Source of the DNA: Longimicrobiales bacterium
Lineage (GTDB): Bacteria; Gemmatimonadota; Gemmatimonadetes; Longimicrobiales; Gaopeijiaceae
Reading direction: 5' to 3'
DNA: 64,000 bases
Assembly (NCBI GenBank): GCA_965203485.1
Contig: OZ241892.1
Span: 1,600,001-1,664,000 of the forward strand
The notes beneath the pieces are model-generated. The model saw only the letters and a list, made by a program, of their open reading frames with translations. It was not told where the DNA came from and did not search any database. The position numbers and the translations under genes were made by a program. Position 1 is the first letter of the stretch. Each line of letters begins with the position of its first letter. Shown in pieces: positions 39,405 to 48,034 of the stretch.

Positions 39405-40640
39405 TCAGGCGTCTTCGCTCGCGAGCCTGACGACCACCGCAGCGGCCAGCCAGGACATCAGGAGGAAGGAGCCGCCGTAGCTGATGAACGGCAACGGGAT
39501 GCCCGTGATGGGCATGATGCCGACGGTCATGCCGACATTGACGAAGACATGCGTCAGCCAAAGCCCTAACGTACCCACGACGAAGAGCGTTGCAAAGTCG
39601 CTTCGCGCTTCCTCGGCCATGCGCAGCATCGTCCAGAACACGTAGCCGAAGGCCGCGATCATCAGCGACGTGCCGAGGAAGCCGAACTCTTCGCCGATCA
39701 CGCTGAAAACGAAGTCGGTGTGCTGCTCGGGCAGGAAGTTCAGGCGCTTCTGCGTACCTTCGGTGAAGCCCTTGCCGAACCATCCCCCGCTGCCGACTGC
39801 CACCTTGGACTGAATGATCTGCCAGCCCGCCGCCAGCGGGTCCTGAAGAGGATCGAAGAAGACGCGTATGCGGTTCTTCTGGTACTCGGCCAGGGAGTTC
39901 CACAACGGTTGCGCGACCGCGCCCGCCGCGAAGTTGGACAGCAGCACGGCAACCGACTCGAACAGGTAGAGACGGAAGCGGTACACGTAGATCAGCACGG
40001 CCAGGAGAACGAAGTAGGCCGACCACGCCCACAGGCTGAAGGCCAGCGCAAGGCCGATCCCCGGCGAAGCGACGAAGAACAGCAGGTGCCCAGGCGTGCC
40101 GGCCCAGAACAGGACGGCAAAGAAGACGCCGACGAACGCCAGGGCCGTTCCCAGGTCCGGCTGGAGCAGCACAGCGACCAGCGGGAGCCCGACGAGCGCG
40201 ACGGGCGCACCCAGCTCCCGCAGGTGCCGCGGCGGATCCTCGCGGGCGCCCAGATGCTTCGCCAGAAGGAGAACGGTGGCCACCTTGGCGGCCTCGGCCG
40301 GCTGGAAGCGGAGTCCCCCCACCGACAGAAAGCTCTTCACGCCCTCGGCCGTGCCCGGCCCGGTGCCGACGACGAGCGTCAGCAGCAGCGCCGCCGTCCA
40401 GAAGACGTAGGCGGGAGCGGCCGCCCATTCGTACCATCGCCCGGGAACGCGCGCGACCAGCGCGAAAAGAACCACGGCCACGCCGAGAATCGCGGCTTGG
40501 CGCATCCAGAGGTCCGCGGTCGAGGGCATCGGAGCATCTATCACGCCCGCCGAGTAGACGATCGCCACGCCGAAGATCGACAGCAGCGCCAGCGTCGCCG
40601 CGAAGGCGAAGCGCGCCCCCCCGCGGCCCCACCGGTCCAT
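39405..40640 (-). CDS. rodA: Rod shape-determining SEDS protein RodA
   Basis: FQPAE, QPDLGT, QSKVAVGSGG, LPEQHTDF, ITGIPLPFISYGGS; follows mrdA. Confidence 0.95.
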   Translation of the reverse strand: MDRWGRGGARFAFAATLALLSIFGVAIVYSAGVIDAPMPSTADLWMRQAAILGVAVVLFALVARVPGRWYEWAAAPAYVFWTAALLLTLVVGTGPGTAEGVKSFLSVGGLRFQPAEAAKVATVLLLAKHLGAREDPPRHLRELGAPVALVGLPLVAVLLQPDLGTALAFVGVFFAVLFWAGTPGHLLFFVASPGIGLALAFSLWAWSAYFVLLAVLIYVYRFRLYLFESVAVLLSNFAAGAVAQPLWNSLAEYQKNRIRVFFDPLQDPLAAGWQIIQSKVAVGSGGWFGKGFTEGTQKRLNFLPEQHTDFVFSVIGEEFGFLGTSLMIAAFGYVFWTMLRMAEEARSDFATLFVVGTLGLWLTHVFVNVGMTVGIMPITGIPLPFISYGGSFLLMSWLAAAVVVRLASEDA

Positions 40641-42482
40641 TCAGGAGCCCCGCGCCCGCGCCCAGGCGGTGCTCCGGCCTGCCAGAATGTGCTCGTGCAA
40701 CGTCTGCACCGTGTCTTGCGCGATCCCGTGGCGGGCGCGCAGGTAGTAGTCGGCCGTCTTCGCCACCAGGGGCGCCGCCGTCTCCGAGCCGCTGTCGCCG
40801 AACTCGACCAGCGCGACCACGACGATCTCGGGCTGTGCGTTCGGCGGCCCCGCTATGCCCGCGAACCACGCGTGGTTGGGCTGTCCGCCGCCGGTCTCCG
40901 CCGTGCCGGTCTTGCCCATTAGATCGAAGTGCTCCAGCGAGGACAGGTGCGCAGTGCCGCCGGGGCCCGTCACGCGCCGCATGCCCTCGCGAATCGCCTC
41001 GAGGCTCCCGTGGGACATGTCGAGACGCCAGCTCTCGGGGGCGGCTCCGGCTCGGCGCAGCATCGGGGCCGGAGCCGATCCGTCGCGGGCTACGGCCAAC
41101 ATGAATTGCGCCATCTTGAGCGGCGTCTGGGCGTTCGGGCCCTGGCCCAAGATCAAGTTCAGCACTTCGCCTTCGCCTGCCCGGTACCCGAATTGCCGGT
41201 CCCAGAACTCGACGCCGTCCGGGAAGGTGCCGTCGGCTTCCTGGGGCAGGTCGATGCCCGTGCCGCGGCCGAACCCCATGCGGTTCGCTCCCTCCAGGAG
41301 GCGCTCGAGGCCGAGGGCCAAGCCGAGCTGGTAGAAGTAGACGTTGCAGGAGTGCTGCACGGCCCCGACCAGGTCGAGCCGCCCGTGCCCCTCGGGCTTC
41401 CAGCAACGGAACGCGCGGTTGCCGAACTTGAACGCGCCGTCGCAAGGCTCGGGGAAGTAGTCGGACACTCCCGTCACGCCGGCCTCGAGTCCCAGAGCGG
41501 CCCCCACCAGCTTCCAGGGCGAACCGGGCGGGTACTTGCCCATCAGGGCACGGTTGTACAGCGGGCTGGAGGGGTCCGTGCTCAGACGGGCCCAATCCTC
41601 GGGAGCCACCACGCCCGCGAACACGTTCGGGTCGAACGCCGGCTTCGAGTACATTGCCAGGACCCCGCCCGTCTCCACGTCGAGCGCCACCACCGCGCCG
41701 TTGAGTTCGGACGGAAAGATGTGGTCGATCCACTGCATGAGGTCGAGGTCGAGGTGCAGGTCGACGTCGCCGCCGGGCGAGGCGCCCACTTCGGCCACGC
41801 CTTCGAAGGAGCCAACGATCCGCCCCCGCACGTCCACTTCCACGTAGCGCGTGCCCGACCGCCCCTGCAGGCGGCGCTCATAGAACGCTTCCACGCCGGT
41901 GCGGCCCACGATCGTTCCCGGTTCGGCGGAGGCGAAGCGCGCCAATCCCAGCTCCGCCTCGTTGATCTCGCCGACGTAGCCGATCACGTGCGCCCCTACG
42001 GGGCCGGCGGGATACCGGCGCTTCGGGCGCGACTCCAGGAAGACGCGCGGGAAGGCGGACCGTCTTTCCTCGATCGCCGCGACGGTTGCGAAGGGAACGT
42101 CCACGGCCACGAGGAGCGGCCGCAACGGGCGGGTTCGGGCACGCTCGGCGAGCGCTTCCGCCTGCGCGTCCGGCAACTCCAGGTGCTCGCGAAGCCGGCC
42201 GATCGTGGCCAGCATCGAGTCGGTCCCTGCGGGAAGAACCGAGATCGAGTGGCCCGGAACGTTGTCCGCCAGCGCGCGTCCCGCGTGGTCGCGGACGACG
42301 CCGCGCGCAGGCGGAACCGTCAGCGTCCTGAGGCGGTTGGACTCGGACTGCAGCAGCCAGCCGCTCGCGCCCATGACCTGGATGCGGAAGAACGCCCCGG
42401 CGAGCACGGCCATCAGCGAGGCGATCACGGCGCGGGCCACGCGGCCGCGGAGCACGCGCTGGCGGCGGTCTCGGCGTCTCAT
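40641..42482 (-). CDS. mrdA: Penicillin-binding protein 2
   Basis: PARG, SxxK (PGSPWK), SCN, KTGTAE; in the mreBCD operon. Confidence 0.95.
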   Translation of the reverse strand: MRRRDRRQRVLRGRVARAVIASLMAVLAGAFFRIQVMGASGWLLQSESNRLRTLTVPPARGVVRDHAGRALADNVPGHSISVLPAGTDSMLATIGRLREHLELPDAQAEALAERARTRPLRPLLVAVDVPFATVAAIEERRSAFPRVFLESRPKRRYPAGPVGAHVIGYVGEINEAELGLARFASAEPGTIVGRTGVEAFYERRLQGRSGTRYVEVDVRGRIVGSFEGVAEVGASPGGDVDLHLDLDLMQWIDHIFPSELNGAVVALDVETGGVLAMYSKPAFDPNVFAGVVAPEDWARLSTDPSSPLYNRALMGKYPPGSPWKLVGAALGLEAGVTGVSDYFPEPCDGAFKFGNRAFRCWKPEGHGRLDLVGAVQHSCNVYFYQLGLALGLERLLEGANRMGFGRGTGIDLPQEADGTFPDGVEFWDRQFGYRAGEGEVLNLILGQGPNAQTPLKMAQFMLAVARDGSAPAPMLRRAGAAPESWRLDMSHGSLEAIREGMRRVTGPGGTAHLSSLEHFDLMGKTGTAETGGGQPNHAWFAGIAGPPNAQPEIVVVALVEFGDSGSETAAPLVAKTADYYLRARHGIAQDTVQTLHEHILAGRSTAWARARGS

Positions 42483-42952
42483 GGCGCCCTCGGCCTCTTG
42501 AGGAACAGAAAGTGCAGCGCCAGCCCCACGACCGCGGCGTAGAGCGCGGCGAGCGGGGCGGCCATCAGGACGCGGTCGGCGAGCGCGGCCCAACCGGCTT
42601 CGTCCGACGCCAGCCAGCGGATCACGTCCACGACCCACTTGCCCACGAAGAAGTAGGAGGCCACGAAGATCACCGAATCGCCCACGAAAAGCTGGCGCGT
42701 GTAGGAAGCGGCCGCGCCCACGGCCGTCAGGGCCAGCGGGCTCGCGCCGAACCCGCGCTCGGTGAACGCGTCCTGCAACAGCCCCAGTCCGAAGCCGAGG
42801 GCGGCGGCGTGGGACATGCGCATCGACCTCCCGGCGACGAGCACCGCCAGGGCGAACAGGTCGGGGGCGACGTCGCCGATGCCGAGCCCGAACCTGATCG
42901 TCAGATGCGCGGTGGCGAGAACCGCCACGACCACCCCGGGGCTCGCGTTCAT
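42479..42952 (-). CDS. mreD: Rod shape-determining protein MreD
   Basis: Hydrophobic protein with APDL and GFGLGLLQD; lies between mreC and mrdA. Confidence 0.85.
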   Translation of the reverse strand: MNASPGVVVAVLATAHLTIRFGLGIGDVAPDLFALAVLVAGRSMRMSHAAALGFGLGLLQDAFTERGFGASPLALTAVGAAASYTRQLFVGDSVIFVASYFFVGKWVVDVIRWLASDEAGWAALADRVLMAAPLAALYAAVVGLALHFLFLKRPRAP

Positions 42953-43893
42953 CGCGAGGACCCAGCGCCGGGCGGCGCGTCCCGGCCGGCCTCGGGCGCG
43001 CGAGGACCGCGCGTCCCGGCCGCCTCGTCCGAGCCGACGGATCCCCCAGGATCGCCTGTGGCTTCCGCCTCGGCGGGGTCCGGCTCCGCCTGCTCCCCCA
43101 GGTCGACGAGCGCGTAGGTGGCGGCGCCGGGCTGGACGGCCGGCTCCACGTGGTAGCTCTTGGACCAGCCCGCCATCGTGGCGGCCACCTCCGTGATCCA
43201 GCCGACGAGGATCCCCCGGGCGTAGGTCCCGCCCCGGCCCGAGGTCACCAGCGCCGTCCCCGCCTCAAGGTCGGAAAGATAGGCCGTGCCGGACAGCAGC
43301 AACCGGTCCTGCTCGCGAAACCGTCCGCGTTCGGCCATGACGAGGCCGTGAACCGTTCCGTCGGGCGTCATCGCCGACACGCGGAAGCCGGGATGAGACC
43401 AGTCCAAGGCCGACGCCGAACGGCCGTCCACCCGCTGGACTTGTCCGAGCAGTCCGGCTTCGGTGACCACGGCGTGGAAGGGACGCACGCCGTCGTCCGA
43501 CCCGACCGCGACGCGGAAGACGCTCCCGTCGGCCGCGCCGGAACGAATCACCGGCGTCGCGACGTAGCGTCGCGGCGCGCTCTCGCGCAATCCGAGCAAG
43601 GCCCGCAACTGGCGGTTCTCCTCGGCTAGCACGCGTTGCGCCGCAACCCGCGAGAGCAACGAGTCCATGTGCGCGCGTTGCAGGTCGAAGTCGCGCGCAA
43701 CGGTTCGCGCCTTGGCGTAGGTCACGTTCATGACGACGAACGGGCGCAGCACGGAGCCTCGCAGCGCCTCGCCCAGCCAGTTCTGGGCGCCGCCCGGAAG
43801 CTTCATCAGGATCGCCACGCAAACCAGGAGCCACGCGGTGACGAGCACGTCGATCCGCTTTGCCAGGCGAACGCCGCTGTCTTGGCCTTCCAT
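42949..43893 (-). CDS. mreC: Rod shape-determining protein MreC
   Basis: ENRQLRALLGL, GSDDGV, GLLGQV, LVTSGRGGTYARGILVG. Confidence 0.92.
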   Translation of the reverse strand: MEGQDSGVRLAKRIDVLVTAWLLVCVAILMKLPGGAQNWLGEALRGSVLRPFVVMNVTYAKARTVARDFDLQRAHMDSLLSRVAAQRVLAEENRQLRALLGLRESAPRRYVATPVIRSGAADGSVFRVAVGSDDGVRPFHAVVTEAGLLGQVQRVDGRSASALDWSHPGFRVSAMTPDGTVHGLVMAERGRFREQDRLLLSGTAYLSDLEAGTALVTSGRGGTYARGILVGWITEVAATMAGWSKSYHVEPAVQPGAATYALVDLGEQAEPDPAEAEATGDPGGSVGSDEAAGTRGPRAPEAGRDAPPGAGSSR

Positions 43894-43945
43894 GCTGGTC
43901 CCTCCCCGCCGCTCCGAGGGCCCGGCCCCGACGACGAGCGAAAGC

Positions 43946-44989
43946 TTACGTCATGAGGACGGGGCGGTACTTGTGGAAGTCGTCCAGGATCTCGCCCACG
44001 CCCCTGACGACGCAGCTCATCGGCTCGGGGTCGACGTGGATGGGGAGCCGCGTTTCGCGCTCGATCAGCTTGTCCAGTCCGCGAATCATGGCGCCACCGC
44101 CCGTCATCACGATGCCGTGGTCGACGATGTCGGACGCGAGTTCGGGCGGCACGATCTCGAGCGCGGCGCGGACCGCCTCCACGATGGCGCGAATCGGTTC
44201 CTGAATGCATGCGCGGATCTCGTGCGCGTGCACCAGCACCATCTTCGGGATGCCCGACACCAAGTCCCGGCCCTTGACCTCCATGCCGCGCTCGTCTTCG
44301 GTCTCCATCGCGGAGCCGATCTGCATCTTGATGCCCTCGGCGGTCGGTTCGCCTATCAGCAGGTTGTAGTTCTTGCGAAGGAACGCCACGATCGACGAAT
44401 CCAGCTTGTCGCCCGCGGTCCGGATCGACGTGTCCAGCACTATCCCCGACAACGCGATCACGGCGATCTCGGTGGTGCCCCCGCCTATGTCGATGACCAT
44501 GTTGCCGCGCGGCGTGTCGATCGGGAGCCCGACGCCGACGGCGGCCGCCATGGGCTCGGCGACCATGTAGACGTCCTTGGCGCCGGCCGCCTGGGCGGAC
44601 GAGCGGACTGCGCGCAACTCCAGTTGCGTGATGCCGGAGGGGACGCCCACCACCACTCGCGGCTTCATGCGGAAGATGCGCTTCGCCGTCACTTGGCGAA
44701 GGAAGTGGCGAAGCATCAGCTCGGCGATGTCCACGTCGGCGATCACGCCGTCCTTGAGCGGGCGGATGGCCGTAATTCCCTCCGGCGTGCGCCCCAGCAT
44801 GCGCTTCGCCTCGAGGCCGACTCCCATGATCTGCTTGGTGCCCTGCGTGACGGCGACGACCGAAGGCTCGTTCAGGACAACGCCTTCTCCCCTCACGTAG
44901 ACGAGCGTGTTCGCGGTGCCGAGATCCACGCCGATGTCGCTCGTGGGCACCAGCCGCTTCGAGTCGAACAATCCGGAGAAGTAGGACAA
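43946..44989 (-). CDS. mreB: Rod shape-determining protein MreB
   Basis: DLGTANT, EPSVVA, AEPMAAAVG, DIGGGTTE, TGGGA. Confidence 0.97.
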   Translation of the reverse strand: MSYFSGLFDSKRLVPTSDIGVDLGTANTLVYVRGEGVVLNEPSVVAVTQGTKQIMGVGLEAKRMLGRTPEGITAIRPLKDGVIADVDIAELMLRHFLRQVTAKRIFRMKPRVVVGVPSGITQLELRAVRSSAQAAGAKDVYMVAEPMAAAVGVGLPIDTPRGNMVIDIGGGTTEIAVIALSGIVLDTSIRTAGDKLDSSIVAFLRKNYNLLIGEPTAEGIKMQIGSAMETEDERGMEVKGRDLVSGIPKMVLVHAHEIRACIQEPIRAIVEAVRAALEIVPPELASDIVDHGIVMTGGGAMIRGLDKLIERETRLPIHVDPEPMSCVVRGVGEILDDFHKYRPVLMT

Positions 44990-45135
44990 CGCGCGCCGGC
45001 AACCTTAAGTGACGGTCGTGTCGCGAACGGTCGTATCGCGGGGAACCAGCCGGAAACATAAGATTCCACAAGCCGTCCGGCAATGGCGGATCGGCCTCGC
45101 CGCCGGGCGAAGCGCGGCCCAGCCCGGCGCCGCGC

Positions 45136-45573
45136 TCACCGCGCGCCCGTGCTGCCGAACGACCCGGACGCGCGGCTGGTCTCGGAGACCACCTCGGTCT
45201 CCTCGACGGCCGGCGCGAGGAAGCGCCCGAAAACGAGCTGGGCGATCCGGTCGCCGCGCCGGATGTCGAAAGCCTTCTCGCCGGTGTTGCCGAGAAGAAC
45301 CTTGAGTTCGCCGCGATAGTCCGGGTCGATCGTGCCGGGACTGTTCGGCAAGGTGACGCCGTGGCGCGCCGCGAGTCCGGACCGGGGCCGCACCTGGCAT
45401 TCCACGCCGGACGGCAGCTCCATGACCCAGCCGGTCGCGACCGCGTGCGCCGCGCCAGGATCCAGCCGGACATCCTCTGCGGAGCGCACGTCGTAGCCCA
45501 CGGCGTCGCTTGTTGCCCGGGCCGGCAACGGCAAATCGGGATTGGACGGCAGGCGCTTGAAGCGAACCCGGCA
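45136..45573 (-). CDS. dut: dUTPase domain (C-terminal part of the Ald fusion ORF)
   Basis: Motifs I-V: AVGYDV, RPRSGLA, GTIDPDYRGE, GDRIAQLV, RASGSFGSTG. Confidence 0.9.
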   Translation of the reverse strand, partial: CRVRFKRLPSNPDLPLPARATSDAVGYDVRSAEDVRLDPGAAHAVATGWVMELPSGVECQVRPRSGLAARHGVTLPNSPGTIDPDYRGELKVLLGNTGEKAFDIRRGDRIAQLVFGRFLAPAVEETEVVSETSRASGSFGSTGAR

Positions 45574-46686
45574 TTCGCGACCGAAGCCGGCGTCCGCCAG
45601 AGGCGTGCCGAACGCCTCGGCCACTCTTCGGTGCAGGACGCGTCCGGCCGAGACGTTGACGCCCTTCGCCAGCGCCGGGTCCGCCGCGCACGCCCCGCGC
45701 CAGCCCTCGTCCGCGAGACGCAGGGCGTACGGCAACGTCGCGTTGGTGAGCGCCAGGGTCGACGACCTGGGCACGGCCCCGGGCATGTTGCTCACGCCGT
45801 AGTGGACGATGCCGTCCACTACGTACACGGGGTCCTCATGTGTCGTCGGCCGAATCGTCTCCACGCACCCGCCCTGGTCGACGGCCACGTCCACGATGAC
45901 CGATCCGGGCCTCATGCCGGCCAAGTCGGCCCTCTCGACCAAGCGGGGCGCCTTGCCGCCGGCGACCAGCACCGCGCCCACCACCAAGTCGGAGTCGCGC
46001 AACTGCTTCCGGACGGCGTAACGGGTCGAGTAGAGGACCTGCACGTTGCCGGGGAGCATCTCGGCCAGCTGCCTCAAGCGCGGCAACGAGACGTCCATCA
46101 CCGCAACCCGCGCGCCCAGTCCCGCCGCCATCAAGGCCGCGTGCGTGCCCACGACGCCGCCGCCCAAGACCAGCGCCTTGCCCGGCGCCACGCCCGGCAC
46201 GCCGCCCAGGAGGACGCCGGAGCCGCCCGCAGGCCGCCCCAGGTGCTTGGCGCCTTCCTGCACCGCCATCCGTCCGGCCACCTCGCTCATCGGCGTGAGC
46301 AGCGGCAGGTCGCCGTCCGCCGTCTCCACCGTCTCGTACGCGATGGCGGTGGCCCCGCTGTCCAGCACGGCGCGGGTGAGCGGCTCCGAGGCGGCGAAGT
46401 GGAAGTACGTGAAGATCACCTGGCTCTCGCGCATCAGCGGCCATTCCCGCGACACCGGCTCCTTCACCTTCAGGATCATCTCGGCCCGGGCCCAGACCTC
46501 TTCGGCCGTCGTGGCCACGCGCGCGCCGGCGGTTTCGTAGAAGTCGTCCGTGAAGCCGCTCTCGGCGCCGGCGCCGGCCTGCACGAGCACCTCGTGGCCA
46601 GCCTGCGACAGCGCGTCCGCGCCTGCCGGCGTCAGGGCGACGCGGTACTCGTTGTTCTTTACTTCGGTGGGAACGCCGACGAGCAT
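45136..46686 (-). CDS. ald: Alanine dehydrogenase fused in frame to a C-terminal dUTPase
   Basis: Ald motifs GVPTEVKNNEYRV, PMSEVAGR, GGGVVG, DVAVDQGGCVET, NMPGAVP; the frame continues without a stop into dUTPase motifs. Confidence 0.92.
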   Translation of the reverse strand: MLVGVPTEVKNNEYRVALTPAGADALSQAGHEVLVQAGAGAESGFTDDFYETAGARVATTAEEVWARAEMILKVKEPVSREWPLMRESQVIFTYFHFAASEPLTRAVLDSGATAIAYETVETADGDLPLLTPMSEVAGRMAVQEGAKHLGRPAGGSGVLLGGVPGVAPGKALVLGGGVVGTHAALMAAGLGARVAVMDVSLPRLRQLAEMLPGNVQVLYSTRYAVRKQLRDSDLVVGAVLVAGGKAPRLVERADLAGMRPGSVIVDVAVDQGGCVETIRPTTHEDPVYVVDGIVHYGVSNMPGAVPRSSTLALTNATLPYALRLADEGWRGACAADPALAKGVNVSAGRVLHRRVAEAFGTPLADAGFGRECRVRFKRLPSNPDLPLPARATSDAVGYDVRSAEDVRLDPGAAHAVATGWVMELPSGVECQVRPRSGLAARHGVTLPNSPGTIDPDYRGELKVLLGNTGEKAFDIRRGDRIAQLVFGRFLAPAVEETEVVSETSRASGSFGSTGAR

Positions 46687-46744
46687 GGTTTTGCTTCCGC
46701 CGAGTGGAGGGGGTGGACGTGGGGCGTGCTGGAGGGGCCGCGGC

Positions 46745-48016
46745 TCAACGGCGGTCCGGCTCCGCGCCGCGGGGGCCGAGACAGAGGAGGTTCTCGCGGC
46801 CGGGCCGAAACGCGGTCTGCGCAACGCGGACGACATCGTCCGCCGACACGGCGTCGACGCGCCGTTCGAGTTCGTCGAGGGGCAGGAACGGCAAATCGTG
46901 CAGGGCCAGGTCGGCAAGCCGGTGAAGCCGGCCGCCCGGCGACTCCAGAGCCAGCAGGAGCTGGCCCTTGACCTGCTCCTTGGCGGCCCAGAGCTCGTCG
47001 TCCGGCAGACCGCCCGGCAGGAGTTCGGCCAGGACCCCGGAGAGCGCGTCCGTGGCTTCGGCGACGCACTCCGGACGGGTCGCCAAGTACGCGCCCGCCA
47101 TCCCGGCCCGCGCGTAGGCCGAATGGAAGGAATGCACCGAGTAGGCGAGGCCCAGGTCCTCTCGGATCCGCTGGAAGAGCCGGGAGCTCATGCCGCCGCC
47201 GAGCGCGGTCGAAAGCAGCAGGGCGGCGTAGCGGTCCGGGTGCGCGCGTCCGGGCGCGGGCCACCCCGCCACGACGTGCACCTGGGCTCCGTCGCGCTCC
47301 ACCCAGCGCGTGGCAGGCTCGGGAGCGGCCGGAACCTCCGCCGGCGGAGCGCGGACGCCCGCGGGCAGATCGCCGAACGCCCGCCCGGCAAGCTCCAGGA
47401 GCGCGTCGTGGTCCAGTCGGCCGGCCGCGGCAACGACGAGGTTGGCGCCCTGGCGGTATCCGTGGTGCTGGCGGCGGAGGTCGTCCCCGCCGAGGGCCGC
47501 CAGCGATTCGGAGGCGCCCAGAATGGGACGGCCGTACGGGTGGTCCCCCCAGAACTCGAGACCATGGAACTCGAAGACCAGGTCGTCGGGCGTGTCCTGC
47601 ACGGTCGCGATCTCTTCGGCGACCACGTCCTTCTCGCGGTCCAGGTCCTCTTGGCGCAACGAGGGACGGCGCACCAGGTCGGCCAGGACGTCGACGGCGG
47701 CGGAGAGTCGCCGGGCGGGCGCGCGCGCCAAGTAGCAGGTGTGCTCGCGGGCCGTGTACGCGTCCAAGGATCCGCCGATGCTCTCGAGCGAGAGCGCGAT
47801 GTCGCGGGCCGAGCGTGTCGCCGTGCCCTTGAAGACCATGTGCTCCAGCAGATGGGCTGCGCCCCCGAGCCCGGGCGGGTCGTGCACGGCGCCTTGCCGC
47901 ACCCACACGCCCACCGCCGCCGAACGGATCGCGTCCATCTGCTCGGAGAGCACCCGCACGCCATTGTCCAGCGTATTCGAGCGGAACGATCCGCCGGGCG
48001 AGACCGCCGCGGCCAT
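46745..48016 (-). CDS. M16 (pitrilysin-family) zinc peptidase
   Basis: HxxEH (AHLLEHMVFKGT), LGGGMSSRLFQRIREDLGLAYSV; usual position downstream of pnp. Confidence 0.93.
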   Translation of the reverse strand: MAAAVSPGGSFRSNTLDNGVRVLSEQMDAIRSAAVGVWVRQGAVHDPPGLGGAAHLLEHMVFKGTATRSARDIALSLESIGGSLDAYTAREHTCYLARAPARRLSAAVDVLADLVRRPSLRQEDLDREKDVVAEEIATVQDTPDDLVFEFHGLEFWGDHPYGRPILGASESLAALGGDDLRRQHHGYRQGANLVVAAAGRLDHDALLELAGRAFGDLPAGVRAPPAEVPAAPEPATRWVERDGAQVHVVAGWPAPGRAHPDRYAALLLSTALGGGMSSRLFQRIREDLGLAYSVHSFHSAYARAGMAGAYLATRPECVAEATDALSGVLAELLPGGLPDDELWAAKEQVKGQLLLALESPGGRLHRLADLALHDLPFLPLDELERRVDAVSADDVVRVAQTAFRPGRENLLCLGPRGAEPDRR

Positions 48017-48034
48017 CGCGTTCGCGGCTCGCCG

